Of a stretch of 36,623 nt of DNA, positions 36,193 to 36,623 are shown in pieces. The DNA is taken from contig CAXXFK010000004.1 in the NCBI GenBank assembly GCA_963663965.2, forward strand, positions 1-36,623, written 5' to 3'. Made by a program: the position numbers and the translations under genes. How positions within the stretch are numbered: position 1 is the first letter of the stretch; the number at the start of each line of letters is the position of its first letter. The notes below the pieces were generated by a model, which was given only the letters and a program-made list of their open reading frames with translations, did not search any database and was not told where the DNA came from. This DNA comes from Sedimentisphaerales bacterium. Lineage in GTDB: Bacteria; Planctomycetota; Phycisphaerae; Sedimentisphaerales; SM23-30.

Positions 36193-36623
36193 ATGAAACC
36201 GGTTATCGTGTGCATAGATGATGAGCAGATTATCCTGGATAATCTGAGTATGGAATTGAATGAGCAGTTTGGTCCAGACTATGAAATCGAACTGGCTGAT
36301 AGCGGGGATGATGCTCTGGATCTGGTCGATCAATTAATCGGACAGGAACGCAAAATTGCTGTGATCATCAGCGATTATCGTATGCCGCAGATGACGGGCG
36401 ATGAACTGCTGGAGCGTCTGAATCAGAAACTGCCCCATACGGCCATGATTATGCTGACCGGTCATGCCGATATGGATATGCTGATTAAAACGGTCAATAA
36501 AGCCCGGTTGGATGGATTATTGAATAAACCCTGGAAACGGGAAGAACTGGCAACCATGGTACGCACTGCTTTGAATAATTTTACCTTAAAGGAAGCATTA
36601 CGCACTCAGACGCAACGCCTGGA
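36193..36623 (+). CDS. Partial CDS (runs off right edge): N-terminal receiver-domain protein
   Basis: Not in ORF track. Hand translation MKPVIVCIDDEQIILDNL...IISDYRMPQM...MLTG...NKPW, open to the window end. Confidence 0.88.
   Translation, partial: MKPVIVCIDDEQIILDNLSMELNEQFGPDYEIELADSGDDALDLVDQLIGQERKIAVIISDYRMPQMTGDELLERLNQKLPHTAMIMLTGHADMDMLIKTVNKARLDGLLNKPWKREELATMVRTALNNFTLKEALRTQTQRL

Noticed and set aside
1..36623. CRISPR arrays, tRNA/rRNA genes, transposases, integrases, phage genes
   Set aside because: No regularly spaced repeats, cloverleafs or recognisable mobile-element proteins were seen by eye; not confirmed by software

Overview
Gene-dense bacterial chromosomal segment. The gene content (Tat sulfatase, SASA esterase, GEVED and dockerin-tailed secreted proteins, GxGYxYP protein) suggests Planctomycetota, probably Phycisphaerae/Sedimentisphaerales; this is inference only. 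Left to right: a truncated Zn-ribbon gene, SGNH esterase and arylsulfatase, and a Zn-dependent dehydrogenase. Next are a highly structured 330-nt intergenic region and a HEAT lipoprotein/RsbW-like kinase/STAS/MlaE/MlaF/MCE gene run. Then a 1286-aa GEVED-repeat protein, GxGYxYP protein, NUDIX hydrolase and a propeller/LamG protein. A divergent lipid-carrier glycosylation locus follows: nucleotide-sugar dehydrogenase, SDR, methyltransferase, GT2, two paralogous GT-C-like membrane proteins (one split by a single extra A), a FliB/YkgJ-like protein and a VTC-domain protein. The right part holds a secreted propeller protein, hpt, a small Cys-rich protein, a LURP1-like protein, glnS and four receiver-domain genes. 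No rRNA, tRNA, CRISPR array or mobile element was seen. Best candidates for undescribed systems: the dual GT-C glycosylation locus, a possibly kinase-switched MCE transporter with a structured upstream RNA, and a shared half-dockerin C-terminal tail on unrelated secreted proteins.
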